From Tubiluchus corallicola (taxonomy: Eukaryota; Animalia; Priapulida), in the NCBI GenBank assembly GCA_030141605.1, contig JAQGDQ010000207.1, positions 1 through 64,000 of the forward strand: a DNA stretch of 64,000 nt. The letters are read 5' to 3'. Below are positions 1 to 29,926 of this stretch, in pieces. Each line of letters opens with the position of its first letter. The stretch's first letter is position 1. The notes under the pieces were generated by a model, which had not been told where the DNA came from, did no database searches, and was given only the letters and a program-made list of their open reading frames with translations. A program made the position numbers and the translations under genes.

Positions 1-260
1 TCTTTAATTTTGCAGCTATTTATGTTGGTTTTGACAAAAACCGCTACTCCTCCATGAAAAGGTCTGCATGACTTAAAGTACTCTTTATGGTTCGTTAGTT
101 TCGGAAATTGTTGAGCTGGGTCTACCCGCGTCTCTTGAACTGATACGATGTCAAAGTTTTCTCTATTTACGTAATTGTCTAATGCTAAAGTTGAGCGAGG
201 TGACAACGAATTGATGTTAATTTGGCATACCTTGAAAAGACGATCTCGTGTTTGAGTCAT
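1..260 (-). CDS. Non-LTR retrotransposon ORF2, N-terminal APE endonuclease (runs off the window)
   Basis: Manual translation from ATG at 260: MTQTRDRLFKVCQININSLSPRSTLALDNYVNRENFDIVSVQETRVDPAQQFPKLTNHKEYFKSCRPFHGGVAVFVKTNINSCKIK. It has the QxNIN, DIVSVQET and GGVAVFVK motifs of APE-type LINE endonucleases and no stops. The ATG overlaps the ORF1 TGA (ATGA). Confidence 0.92.
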   Translation of the reverse strand, partial: MTQTRDRLFKVCQININSLSPRSTLALDNYVNRENFDIVSVQETRVDPAQQFPKLTNHKEYFKSCRPFHGGVAVFVKTNINSCKIK

Positions 261-1516
261 TGGTACACCTGTGTTCTTTTCAACTCCTTCTGGTAAATTT
301 CACACTCTCTGATCCTTGCCTCGTGCTTCCCCTTACAATTTGCGCAAACAGTCTCTTCTGCCGTGCATTCATTAGTTCTATGTTTCGCGCTACATTTTCC
401 ACACACAACAGAATGCTTGCAAAACTTGGCCACGTGGTTGTATTTTTGGCAATTGAAACAACAAATGGGCTTCTGCTTGCTAGCGAACAATTCCACACTG
501 CATAGCATCTGATCTATAGGTATACCCTTATTAATAGCTTGGTATAGGTCTTCTTGGGATTGAAAGGTGACTTTGACTAATGGCATATTTGTCCCATTTC
601 TTTTCTTAAATCTCTCTACCTTTACTCCTTCATACTGATTTTGTATTTCATATTCTACATCTTGGTCTGTTAAATTTGGATCGCAGTCTCTGATAAGGCC
701 TATATGCAGTTTCTTTGGCTGTCTCACCCGTGTGTCCCCACCTAAAAATTCAGACTTCCATTCGCTAATCATTTTCTTTGCCGTGTCGCTGTCATTTAAC
801 TGGATCTGAATTTTACCTTTTGCAGTTTTGTATGCAACTTCAAATTTGGTTAATGGGAAGTATCTGCTGATATTACGTTTGATGTTTATACTTGTGTCCA
901 CTAACTTTGGATCTTTAACATTTTCTATCAACACTGTTTTTTCCGGATCGTACAGTGTTTGGCTGCTCTTTTGGTCATAACTTGCAGACTTAGTTGATGC
1001 TGCACAAGGTTGCTTAGATTGTATCATACCACTCTTAGCTGCTGCTGAATACGACTTGGTTCCAACGTTACTTATCAACACGTCTACTTTCTGATCTAAG
1101 TGTTGGATCGTATTTGACAGAGTATTAAGTTTGTTAAAAGTGCTGCTCTTGTTAGTATCACCCTGCAATATGCAAATGATTTCGTTTATTGCCTCAGCGT
1201 CATTTGAGTTTCGCAGTAATTTTAGGGCCTGAGCTTTAATTTCAGTAAGAGTGGGTGTGGAGACGGACTCCTCGCATTCTATCCCGCTAGTTTCCTCATC
1301 ACGATCTGCCCAATCAGCTGACGTGTCCGATTTTGACCCTAGAGGAGGATCAAGATCTGATACTGTACCATGTTGATCAGTGTGTTTTGAGAAGCATTTA
1401 TCGCACACAATAGCGCATATTTTCCTAGGCTTTATTGGGCTGTTGGATTTGCGACAAATCTCACAACTCGTTCTCGTGCTTACTGGTGGCTGACTGCAAC
1501 TTCCAGAAAATGACAT
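257..1516 (-). CDS. Non-LTR retrotransposon ORF1 (gag-like nucleic-acid-binding protein)
   Basis: Open 257..1546, first ATG at 1516. Three C-terminal CCHC knuckles (CFNCQKYNHVAKFC, CGKCSAKHRTNEC, CANCKGKHEARIREC), a central coiled-coil-like stretch followed by SYSAAAK, and an N-terminal Cys cluster (CEIC...CAIVCDKCFSKH). Confidence 0.92.
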   Translation of the reverse strand: MSFSGSCSQPPVSTRTSCEICRKSNSPIKPRKICAIVCDKCFSKHTDQHGTVSDLDPPLGSKSDTSADWADRDEETSGIECEESVSTPTLTEIKAQALKLLRNSNDAEAINEIICILQGDTNKSSTFNKLNTLSNTIQHLDQKVDVLISNVGTKSYSAAAKSGMIQSKQPCAASTKSASYDQKSSQTLYDPEKTVLIENVKDPKLVDTSINIKRNISRYFPLTKFEVAYKTAKGKIQIQLNDSDTAKKMISEWKSEFLGGDTRVRQPKKLHIGLIRDCDPNLTDQDVEYEIQNQYEGVKVERFKKRNGTNMPLVKVTFQSQEDLYQAINKGIPIDQMLCSVELFASKQKPICCFNCQKYNHVAKFCKHSVVCGKCSAKHRTNECTAEETVCANCKGKHEARIRECEIYQKELKRTQVYQ

Positions 1517-2179
1517 GATTTCAATAGCCTTTAACTGACTCGTCAATTGTGGTATTGTTCATACAGGTAAGTTTCCTGTAGTGTGTGTGACAGGTAACCC
1601 TGTCACGTGACTTGTGTTTGCCAACCGTTTAATTAGCTTAATAAGGTTTCACCATAAAATTTATTCTTTCAGCGGTAATATCTCAACAAGTAAAATAATT
1701 TTCACTTAATAAATGTCACTATCAGGTTCGCCAAGCACTCATAAGTTCACACATATAAAAATTATCTTTGAAATTCTGGTTTAAACACAAAAAATTGCGA
1801 ATGTTTGAGGAGCTCAAAGCCACTTGTAGTAGCTGACTTGACACAAACAAACAAAGAGAGAGAGAGAGAGAGAGAAACAGAGAAAAAAGAAAGATGGAGA
1901 AAGAGAGAAAGGGAGAGATAGGAAAAGAGAAAGAGAAACTTCTCACGCAAGCTAGGAGATGTTTGGAGAATTAAACTTCATTTTAACAAGGGACAAGTTT
2001 GCACTGGAACATGGTATGAGAGGAACCTACACATTAGCAATGCAGATACAAACTTTACGAAAGACACAAATAACCATATTAATGTTTCATTTAAGAAAAG
2101 ATATAGTGAAAAGAGTGAACATTAAAATGGTGACGTTTCTTTCACAAATAAAATGAATAAAGAGAATAAAGTTCTTTAC

Positions 2180-19952
<17,773 letters not shown>

Positions 19953-20514
19953 CAACACTTGGCTTCAGGATTTAGTTATCAGATAACTGATTCTTCAACT
20001 TCTTTTTTTCCTGTCAGAAATCATCACTTCCAAAACTTTACAACAGAAGCGTAAGATTTCCACGGAATATCAATTTTATGCAGATGTTTTTCAATGTCGA
20101 CAATTGCAGCACCAACAACATCAAGCAACAATTTGGCAAACAGTAACATCCATTTTGTCTTTTTTTGCCTCAAATCATGCTTCGAATTAACACATGTGAT
20201 CCACACGTTAAATGGTGACCGAAATTCTCGGTTTCCTCTTCAGAACAAAATTCAGTCTAATGAACAGTATGTCCGCTCTACAGATAAGCAAGGACGCGAT
20301 TTTAATCCGTGGATTATTCGGGAAGATTAGGACCAATTGTCTTGTTAGAACCTTCAAGTTTGTGACACTAATTTGTCGTCTTGGATCCGGTATTTACCTT
20401 CTGTTGATTAATGTAAATTCATTTCCTGCGGCGTACTTTCATCTGATAAAATAAAGACAATAAAAATAATCGAATTCTAGTTTTAAAACTGTTGCAAAGT
20501 TTTAAGTACTTTCC

Positions 20515-22146
20515 TTCGTTAGAGTTTTATCACCTGCTGATTTATTTATATAATTTTTATTCGTACTTGTGGTACAATCGCATCAAATAAACAAACAGAT
20601 AAACAAGCAAAATAACATTAATTAACAATATTAGTAAGCAATGTGAATATATACAATTAAGAGAGAGTAAGATATGTTAGTATGGCGTACAACTCATTCG
20701 TGCCAAAAAATCAAAACAATTACGTTCTAGAGACCATATAACTTCTTTAGTGAAATTTACAGTCTGTATTTGTTCATCGATTCTTACATCTAATGTACAA
20801 GAAAAAACTTTAGAAAGAAAATTTTCATTCGTGTAAAGAGTTTTGTACTCGTTACAAATAGATAACAAATTATAACCCATTATAGAAGAGGCATGAAATC
20901 GAGATTTATGTGCAAAGAAATCGGCTATATGATTTTCACTATATAAGCAACTATGGTAAAATTTAGCAAATCGTTTCTGAAACTGTTTAAGTGGCGGAAC
21001 AATATCACATATAAAAGGAGGACAGATTTGTATTCGATACTTTTTTGTTGCAAAAGTTAATTTAGAAGATCTCTAGTTTTGCAATGTTCAGCTCAGCTGT
21101 GAATAGAGATGTATGTGTACACAGTAAGTTAAATGCCCTACACGTTTGTAATAAATTCATAAGCAACATCGAGCTGCGAAATTTTGTTACATCGAAATTA
21201 TAATGCATTTATGCCAATGAATTATGTATTACAATGTATTTATGGCAATGTATTATGTATTACAATGTATTTATGGCAATGCATTATGTACAACAATGTA
21301 TTTAGGCCGATACGCTGTAGTAAAAAATTTGTTTTATTAGAAACATGGTTTTAAAAACATACTATGATTAATTGGTTTGCTTTTGCGAAAAAATTAATGA
21401 AATTACTAAAGAAGAGATGCTGCGTGTTTCTGTGAACAACTTAGAATTATTTTCAAGTCAGACGAGAAAGAATGAAAAACATTTAAAATTGTTTCCAATT
21501 ATCTAATTCTGTAGCATTCTTGTTACTGTGTTATTCGTGTGTTTCGTTTCACTTCTTGCATATTTTTGTGATGTGCGTAATCTGCTGTTACTTCATTAAT
21601 TAAATGAACACAGATTATACATTGCAAAATTACAGATTTTCTAAATTAACTTTTGCAACAAAACAATTTTGAATACAAATCTGTCCTCCTTTTATATGTG
21701 ATATTGTTCCTCCGCTTAAACAACTATAAAAACGATTTGTTAAATTTTACCATAGTTGCTTATATAGTGAAAATTATATAGCCAAATTATTTACACATAA
21801 TTCTCGATTTCATGCCTGTTCTATAATGGGTTATAGAAGTTTTTTCTTGCACATTATATGTAAGAAGCGATGAACAAACACAGACTGTAAATGTTTCATT
21901 AAACAAGTTATATTGTCTCTAGAACACAATTGTTTTGATTTTTTTGATTTACGATAGAAATGAATTGTACGCCATAGTAACATATCTTAACTCTCACTTA
22001 ATTGTATACCTATATTCACATTGCTTATTAATCTTGTTATATAATGTTATTTTGCTTGTTGATCTGTTTGTTTATTTGATGTGATTGTACCACAAGTACG
22101 AAAAAAATGATATAAATAAATCAGCAGGTGATAAAATTCTAACGAA
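20515..22146. repeat. Large imperfect inverted repeat; arms about 20515-21087 and 21619-22146
   Basis: ttcgttagagttttatcacctgctgatttatttata at 20515 is the near reverse complement of tataaataaatcagcaggtgataaaattctaacgaa ending at 22146. Matching continues inward for over 500 bp, with one indel of roughly 60-70 bp. Confidence 0.93.
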
Positions 22147-23574
22147 TTGTTTGCGATCAAAACTATTTTTTCTACCTCTTTCTTTAAGTTCTTAAGGTTA
22201 GTCTAAATTTAATTACTTATGCATAGAGTTACGTTCATTTACGATAATTATGCAAACCTTGAAAACAGTCAAAGTAAAATTCAGCTGAAATTAGTTTAAA
22301 AATTCTTAAAAATTATGCAAAAGCTTTAGAAAAACAAAATATACGGCTATATAAGACTGTAACAAATATTTGCATTTCAATGAAAACACTTGCAAAAATT
22401 CTTGATTAATTTTTACATACATACAATGTTGCTGACACCAATCAAATCAAATCAAAGCGAAGTTTCTATATTAAATGTTTCAAAATAAATATTACATGTA
22501 AAATAAAAAAAATTACAGTAAAGAGCCATAGTTAGTTAAAGCGATAATAGGCTACATATGATACTATCGTCTTACCTTTAATATTGTAGGACAGGTATTT
22601 CTTGCACATGAATAACATCGAATAATATCTATACCTTTATTAGCTTTTGTAAATCTAACAACTGAAGTTATACTACATTTCACGACCTACATACCTGTAG
22701 GCCCAGTTTACAGCCTCCGAAGCTCATTTAAATCTACCTGCTGATCGCGAGAGAAAAAAGTTCCTCCCCGCGTGTGGAAAACCCTCACGCCCATCACGAG
22801 CTTGCGCACAAACAAACAAACTCGGTACGTTTTCTCCATGCTCCACGTCCATCATTCACGGAAGATTACGGGAGAAATAACTCCGTCAAACACTGTAAAT
22901 TTCTGGGTGACACGTACAGATGTAACAGCAGTTTAGGCAATACAGAAAGAGTTAAATAATGTGAATTGTGACGTCACTTGTTTATTAAATGGCGGCGGTT
23001 ATATGCAGCTGTACTGCGCGTTTGATAAGTAACATGCAGATGCGAGGTTTGAAAATGACAAGACAAATTAAAAATGACAACTGGCACAGAACGAGACATT
23101 ATATAATTCACCTTAGTCCGTCGCAGGTTGCGAGTTTGCTAATAATAATTGCTTAATCAACTTGTGTGCATCATTCTAGCACGCTCAGGTGATAACAAGA
23201 TGGCTAGCTAGGACAACGGCAATAATTCTTAATAAGAAACATTGAAGCGATTAAGAAGAAAAGCTAAAAAATCACGAAATAATTAACAAAAGAAAAAAAA
23301 CGTTGTCACCATTGCGAATTGTTTAAGGTAAAAGAAAAGCACAAAAGATAACAGGCCTAGCACCATTGTCACGAAAAGAACATAAGAGAGACATGCACAG
23401 AAAGCACAAACTATCACGTAATAAGATATTAGAAATAACACTAGATAGGGGGACAGAAAGGCAAAAAAATGATCTGCTTTTGTTCATTTTTCTCTTTTTT
23501 CGTTGCACCTGATGATACTAGTTACGTAATTCTTACTGCGTTTTTGTCCTGATAGAAGGCTCTGTATAATTAAA

Positions 23575-23860
23575 ATACCAATTTTACAAGCACATAAAGA
23601 CTTCTACACTTCCTGCTTTTATATACATACATCGACAATTTTAACACGAAATTCATCAAAAATAAGCTTGCACTCCTCCTGGAGCCAACATTAAACCCAC
23701 GAACACACAATATTAAACAAACACGCACTAATAACAAATACGGCAACAATTCTATCACTAAACAAGGAGTTCAACTTTGGAATGCCCTGCCATCAAATTT
23801 AAAACAAATCAAGTCTTTCTACGAGTTCAAATGAAAATTAAAATACATACATTAAATCGT
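23575..23860 (+). pseudogene. Decayed LINE (CR1/L2-type) 3' fragment
   Basis: Translation ...TNNKYGNNSITKQGVQLWNALPSNLKQIKSFYEFK*KLK has the LWNxLP...FKxxLK signature. Confidence 0.65.
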
Positions 23861-24156
23861 TTTGAATACCCCGCATACGTTAATAATAATATATCTTTTC
23901 ATCCGTAAATCTTATTTGCCCACGTCCATTTTAGATTGTATGTATATATTGTATATAATATAATTTGCGTGTAACATTGTAATGTATATTTTGTTTTAAA
24001 TTTTTGGCACGGTAATTTTTTTTGTTTGCGCTGGACGCATTTGCCTTTAACAGTTGTGTGAATTTTTTTTCTCATACTGCGATGTGCTTATAAGCTTTTA
24101 TGCTTACGAATATCGATTTTTTTAGTGCCATATAGTTTATATATATATATATTGAG

Positions 24157-24550
24157 TTTGTCCTTAACGAAGCGCCCGCTGTATTTTGTTTTTAAAGAAG
24201 GCACCATTTTGTTTTTGTCCTTAAAAAAGGTCCTACTGTATTTTGTCCTTAAAGAAGGGCCAGCTGTATATTGTTTTTAAAGAAGGCACCATTTCGTTTT
24301 TGTCCTTAAAGAAGCTCCTACTGTATTTTGTCCTTAAAGAAAGCCCAGTTCTATTTCGTGTTTAAAGAAGGAACAATTTCGTTTTCGTCTTTAAAGAAGC
24401 TCCTACTGTATTTTGTCCGTGAAGAAAGCCCAGTTGTATTTCGTCTTTAAAGGAGGAACCATTTTGTTTTTGTCCTTAAAGAATGTCCAGCTGTATTTTG
24501 TCCTTGAAGAAGGCTCGACAGAATTTTCCCTTAAAGACGGTCCTACTGTA
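24157..24550. repeat. Degenerate tandem repeat of about 30 bp (core TTTTGTCCTTAAAGAAG)
   Basis: More than ten degenerate copies, with a higher-order periodicity. Confidence 0.88.
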
Positions 24551-25263
24551 CTTTATTTAATTCATTTTTATTTTTTATTCAATACATAATGTTACTTGTG
24601 TACGTCTACGTGGAAACATTATTAAAAAACATTGTAAGAAGGCATAGCCGTCTTGTATAAAAGCGTAAAGTATTTTTTTCATTTTCTAATAAACAAGTCG
24701 AAAAGACTTGAAACTGAATTGAAAGGATAAAATAACGAGAAAATTAAGTCATTTTAGTCTTGACTGTTTCTTAAATTATTTCGGTCTGCATTTTATGTTG
24801 AATTTCTCGCTTATTACCAGTAATACACCACCACCGTCATCATCACTACCACCATATTTACCATAATTATCATTGTCATCATCACCGTTTTAATCGTCAT
24901 CGTTGTCGATGTTATCACCTTCATGATCATCGTCATCGTCATCGACATGAAAAATCACCATCATCATTGTCGACATCGCCATTACCACCACTACCGTGAC
25001 CACCACCACTACCACGCACCCCACCAGTTAATGTATTATTAGTATGTATTATACGTATTATATTGATGTCCGAAAAATTTGAAAAAGAGATAGAAAAGGG
25101 AGGACTATCTGAGCGAACTGAAAAACAAAACAAAAATATTTGTTAGTCTGATTAAAATGCATAATGTGACCAGTGTATTCGTGGACTATGGCGATTACAG
25201 TTTATTGATTTTTCAAATTTCTCTTATGCGGTTTGCATGTAGATCTTGCTATATTAGAGTACA

Positions 25264-25418
25264 GGACGACGTAGCTCATTGGTAGTGTGCCCGCCTCCCA
25301 CCCGGGAGGTCGCGGGTTCAACCAGGCCCTATTTCAAGGGGGGGGGAAGTGGGGATACTTCCCTGGGGCTTCACCCTCCAGGGGGGCCTCGGCTTTTTTC
25401 CTTTATGCGAACATACTG

Positions 25419-25509
<91 letters not shown>

Positions 25510-25960
25510 TCTTGCCGCACGAGCGCCGTATGCCTTGTGCCGCTCGGTGCCGATGTTCAGCTGTTTTCAATTTCGGAATTTCTAACACCGGCTTGTACGG
25601 AAGTGAGAGTACGGCATTACATATTGCAAAGATGTTGTTTTTGATTTGACTATTTGACAAGTATTAAGGACTGGTCTTGAGAATAAAGCAGTTTTTCTTT
25701 CAATTGTTCTCTCCTTTAACAACTGTATAACTCCATATTTTCTCTTCGAAAATGCTCCTCCGGCGTTCTAGCAGTTCAAAAATTTTCTGGGCGCCAACCA
25801 TGGTGTCCCCCCGAGGGGGCCTCACACACCCCACTTCCCCGGGCCTCGCTTAGGCTGAAATAGGCCCTGGGTTCAACACCCGGCCGAGTCATACCAAAGA
25901 CTTAAAAAATGGTCCCGCATGTTTTTCGACCAAAGCACGCGGGTTTTTCGAAGTAAAATG
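25264..25960 (+). mobile_element. tRNA-derived SINE, interrupted at its B box
   Basis: Removing 25323-25877 gives ggacgacgtagctcattggtagtgtgcccgcctcccacccgggaggtcgcgggttcaacacccggccgagtcataccaaagacttaaaaaatggt, with an A box, B box and SINE body. Confidence 0.8.
25323..25869. mobile_element. hAT-like MITE nested in a SINE
   Basis: TIRs CAGGCCCTATTTCA / TGAAATAGGCCCTG, a perfect 8-bp TSD (GGTTCAAC) and an internal (CT)n tract. Confidence 0.9.
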
Positions 25961-26252
25961 CGGGTAATAATAATCGGGACCACCTTGAAAATAAGTAGTG
26001 AGGTACTTAAGGTGTTATCCTTGGACTATGTCCTGAACGAATTTAATTGAAATTAGAGAAAGCTTACATAAACGTCCTATTTCTTGCAATTATAAAAATG
26101 CAAGTGATCCTAGTTTCTCCCTAGAAATTCCTACAATACCTACAAGTGATTATATGTAGTATGTATAACAGCGTAAATGTTTTAATCTAATTAATCCTAC
26201 ATGAAATTGTCTTGCAGTTGCTATACTGACGTATCTTAACTTCACCTAACAT

Positions 26253-26728
26253 CAGCGGCGGATTATGATTTTATGGGCCTTAGGCTTGAGCTTGGAACGG
26301 GCCTTTTAAATGTTGCTACACTGCTGAGCTGACGTGTTTTTGTGGAGCTCTCGTCGTTTGTAAGTTTGTTTAATTTTGTGAGTTTTTGCCCACCGATTGT
26401 GATAAAATGGACTTTTCAGAAATTATAAATGACTTTGCCCTTAGAAAAATTCGGAAACTGAAATTTTGAACTTAAACTGTGTAAACGTGAATTGTGTAAA
26501 CTTAAATTGTGTAAACTTGAATTGTGTAAACTTAAATTGTGTAAACTTGATTTGTGTAAACCCGATTTGAAATATAGTGACTGACTTTTGAAAAAAAGAG
26601 CCCCTTGCTCTTTTGTCAATTTATTTATTTTTTACAAAAAAAATTTTTTTCGTTTTATTTTGCCGGGCCCCTTTTGATCCCGGGCCTTAGGCTTCAGCCT
26701 ATTCAGCCTATAGGGCTATCCGCTACAG
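26253..26728. mobile_element. hAT-like MITE
   Basis: Perfect 8-bp TSD (CCTAACAT), imperfect TIRs CAGCGGCGGATTA / TATCCGCTACAG, and an internal 15-bp tandem repeat. Confidence 0.85.
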
Positions 26729-27727
26729 CCTAACATCGACATTATGAACTAATAGCCACCGCCCAAATGCAGCATGCATGGCTTGTTGGCCAATGACAGC
26801 TTTATCAGCCAACCCCCGCCCTTACACGTGTGAGTGGGTCCAAATGCGAGCAATGGACTAACCACGAATGTAAGGGGGTTGGAAACAAGTGTTTGAACAC
26901 ATGATTTGACTTTTTAAAGATAAGAAAGTTTAAATACTAACAACAATGTCCACACACTGACACTGGAGGTCCATTAGTGATAGTCAAGGCCTAGGCGCTG
27001 GCTAATGACGTTGCTATTAGAAGAAGACTAATTTCTTAAGTTGCTAATTATCGGTAAAAATTATCAACTAGTTTTAGGACTATTATTGTGGGTTCATGTG
27101 TCTAATTAAACATTTAAAATGCAGTCACGATTTGCTTGGTAGGGTAGTGTATTATCAGTATGTATTGTTACGTACATACGTAACAATATACGTAGGGATA
27201 GGGATACGGATACGTATAGGGGATACATACAGGGATAGGGATACGTGGGGATATACTTACGGATATACGTAATACGTAGGGATATGTGCAAATTAGAGTT
27301 TGCGTCACAGGATCCGAACCCAGGACAGACACATTATTGGTCAGACACGATAAGACTAACTTTGCATTTCACTCTAAACTAAATCAAATAAAGCAAAGCT
27401 TGTGTTTTTATTAAACCTATATTCATTGTACTAATGCACAGGAATTGTTGTACATTTAGTGCTTGTTGATGTTGGACTTTAAGCATACGATGACCATCCA
27501 TTGAAAATATGATCCAAAGGCTAACCGGAAGACTTCCACATCGCCATCTTGGAGATTCATGTTTTCCTGCAGATTCCACGTACTGCGCCCAGCAATTTGT
27601 CATGTGATGAAATATGATAAAAATGTATTATGTGTTATATTGTTAACATTGAATTACAAAGTTCTCCACAGTTCTTTCAACTACAGAACTACGTTAATAT
27701 TTAGAAGAAATTAAAATAAAATTCCTA

Positions 27728-28127
<400 letters not shown>

Positions 28128-28948
28128 CAATTATTGCAAAACGAGTGGTTCAATGACTGAAAACATATAGCGCAGGCTTACAGCATAATTAGGCCTATAT
28201 AGGGCCGGTGACAACATGTACAGCTAGGCCTAAAGGAATTTTTACTCGCGAATGTATTGCACACGTGCTATGTTACTTAGACTATACAGACCTATTATAA
28301 TTTGCCAACTATAATGATTCATAATGGGAATTAACGATAAAAGAACAACCATGTATGTGTAGTGTACATGCACTCTATAGTTATAAGCAGTAGGTCCTAG
28401 CTAGGCATCTAAATGGACGACACTTAAGTTTTCATTGATCATCTTTTTGTAAAATTACTAACAATTTCTTTAGTTCTAATAAAAATGTTGCACACGTGTA
28501 CACCTAACTACGCAGTTACGTGAAACTTGCAAAATATTACGTGTTTTTTTGCATTTTATAGAATTTTTCGAATTAAAATAGGCCAGGATATTCTAATGAC
28601 GCTATAAAATCCACGTTTAGAGGACAGATCTATTGCTGTCTTTTCAACTTTCTTTATTACGGGGCTATTCGTTCATTGTTCCTGTTCTTGTCACTATTAT
28701 GAGTTGTCTTAATAATATTTTTTAACTTTGTAATAATTCAAGTTTTTTCTGCAGCAATTTTACGCAATACTTACTGCATGCCTAGTACAAGAACAGAGCT
28801 AAACACGCGTGCAATACCGCACTGAACAATTTTATTGTTAAACTGCGCGTGCGCGTAACAAAATAAACAGCCCAGTGATCGTATAAATGCGCCTGCGCGC
28901 TGCAGTCAACCAAATAACTAAAGTCCTGAAGGTAATGACTCACACAAA

Positions 28949-29020
28949 GCGTCGGTGGTATAACGGTCAGCATAGCTGCCTTCCAAGCAGTTGATCCGGG
29001 TTCGACTCCCGGCCGACGCA
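28949..29020 (+). tRNA. tRNA-Gly (anticodon TCC)
   Basis: Perfect GCGTCGG/CCGACGC acceptor stem, GCTGC-CT-TCC-AA-GCAGT anticodon arm, GGTTCGACTCC T arm/B box, discriminator A. Confidence 0.96.
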
Positions 29021-29025
29021 TTTTT
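29021..29025 (+). terminator. RNA polymerase III oligo-T terminator
   Basis: TTTTT immediately after the tRNA discriminator base. Confidence 0.8.
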
Positions 29026-29336
29026 AATTATGCTTTTGTGAATATTGAATAAAGACTCGAAATACAGAATTGTTTCAGAATACAGAATACAGATTGTTTC
29101 AAGTTTGATCTTCAGAAATTAACGATGTAATTTTCATTCAACAATTCAGGCAAAAATTAACCAAACTTGATAGGCTTGATGTGTCATTAAATATGGGTTC
29201 GTAAGTTCTTTGTTAATCAGTACACATAGCAGGTAATTTTTGTATGATCATATGATGCTACTGATCATGCTCAATCTGAAGTCTTGATACATTCCTAATA
29301 AGGTAAACATAGTCACATAACCCACACTTCACTTAA

Positions 29337-29926
29337 AGCAAAACCGGACTCAATGTTAAACTGTAAGTCAAAACAATCTACTCTTTAAAATATTGAAACG
29401 AGACATACTATTTTTTCCAAAAAAGATTTGCGTGGAAGAATTACTGCCATCCAAACACAATTTCGCATTTGTGCCACTAGTTCTTTACTGTTACGTGCAT
29501 TTCGCCTTTCGCTAGTTAGACGAGCACTAGTTCCTGCATTTGGGAAACGCATTGCACAAAAACAGGTACTGTACCTCTCAGTTCAGTTGTGTTAGTTTGT
29601 TACGAATTACACACGTTTGATAGCTTGTGCGTGAGCACGGTGGTAAATTTGAGATTTGAATTTTTATCATAAAACTTGCCTAGTTTTAGTACGACACACT
29701 GAAAATCTTACAGTAGCACTGTACTTCAATTTTTGCGCGCGAGATATTTTTGATGTTGAAAATTATGTTAATTTGTGATGTCAGCAATAGTTGGACTCAC
29801 CCGCCGTCAATTTTTTACCTAATATTTAATTATAAGAAATGCTTTTGCAGTATTAATTGTGTTAAAATGTATAATTTTTATCAGACTTGAAAATGGGGTA
29901 GTATGTGAAAAATCATCTTATCTTCC
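29337..29926 (+). mobile_element. Kolobok-like family K1, full copy
   Basis: TTAA|AGCAAAACCGGAC...TCTTCC|TTAA, colinear with 8631-9238. Confidence 0.75.

Larger units (their letters stand above)
1..1850 (-). mobile_element. LINE retrotransposon (CCHC ORF1 + APE ORF2) inserted in a Tbx2/3 intron, same orientation as the gene
   Basis: ORF1/ORF2 architecture as above. The 5' boundary is approximate and placed next to the (GA)n tract at about 1855. Confidence 0.85.

Noticed and set aside
28782-29021. 79-aa ORF MRRPGVEPGSTAWKAAML...
   Set aside because: It is the antisense translation of the tRNA-Gly gene.
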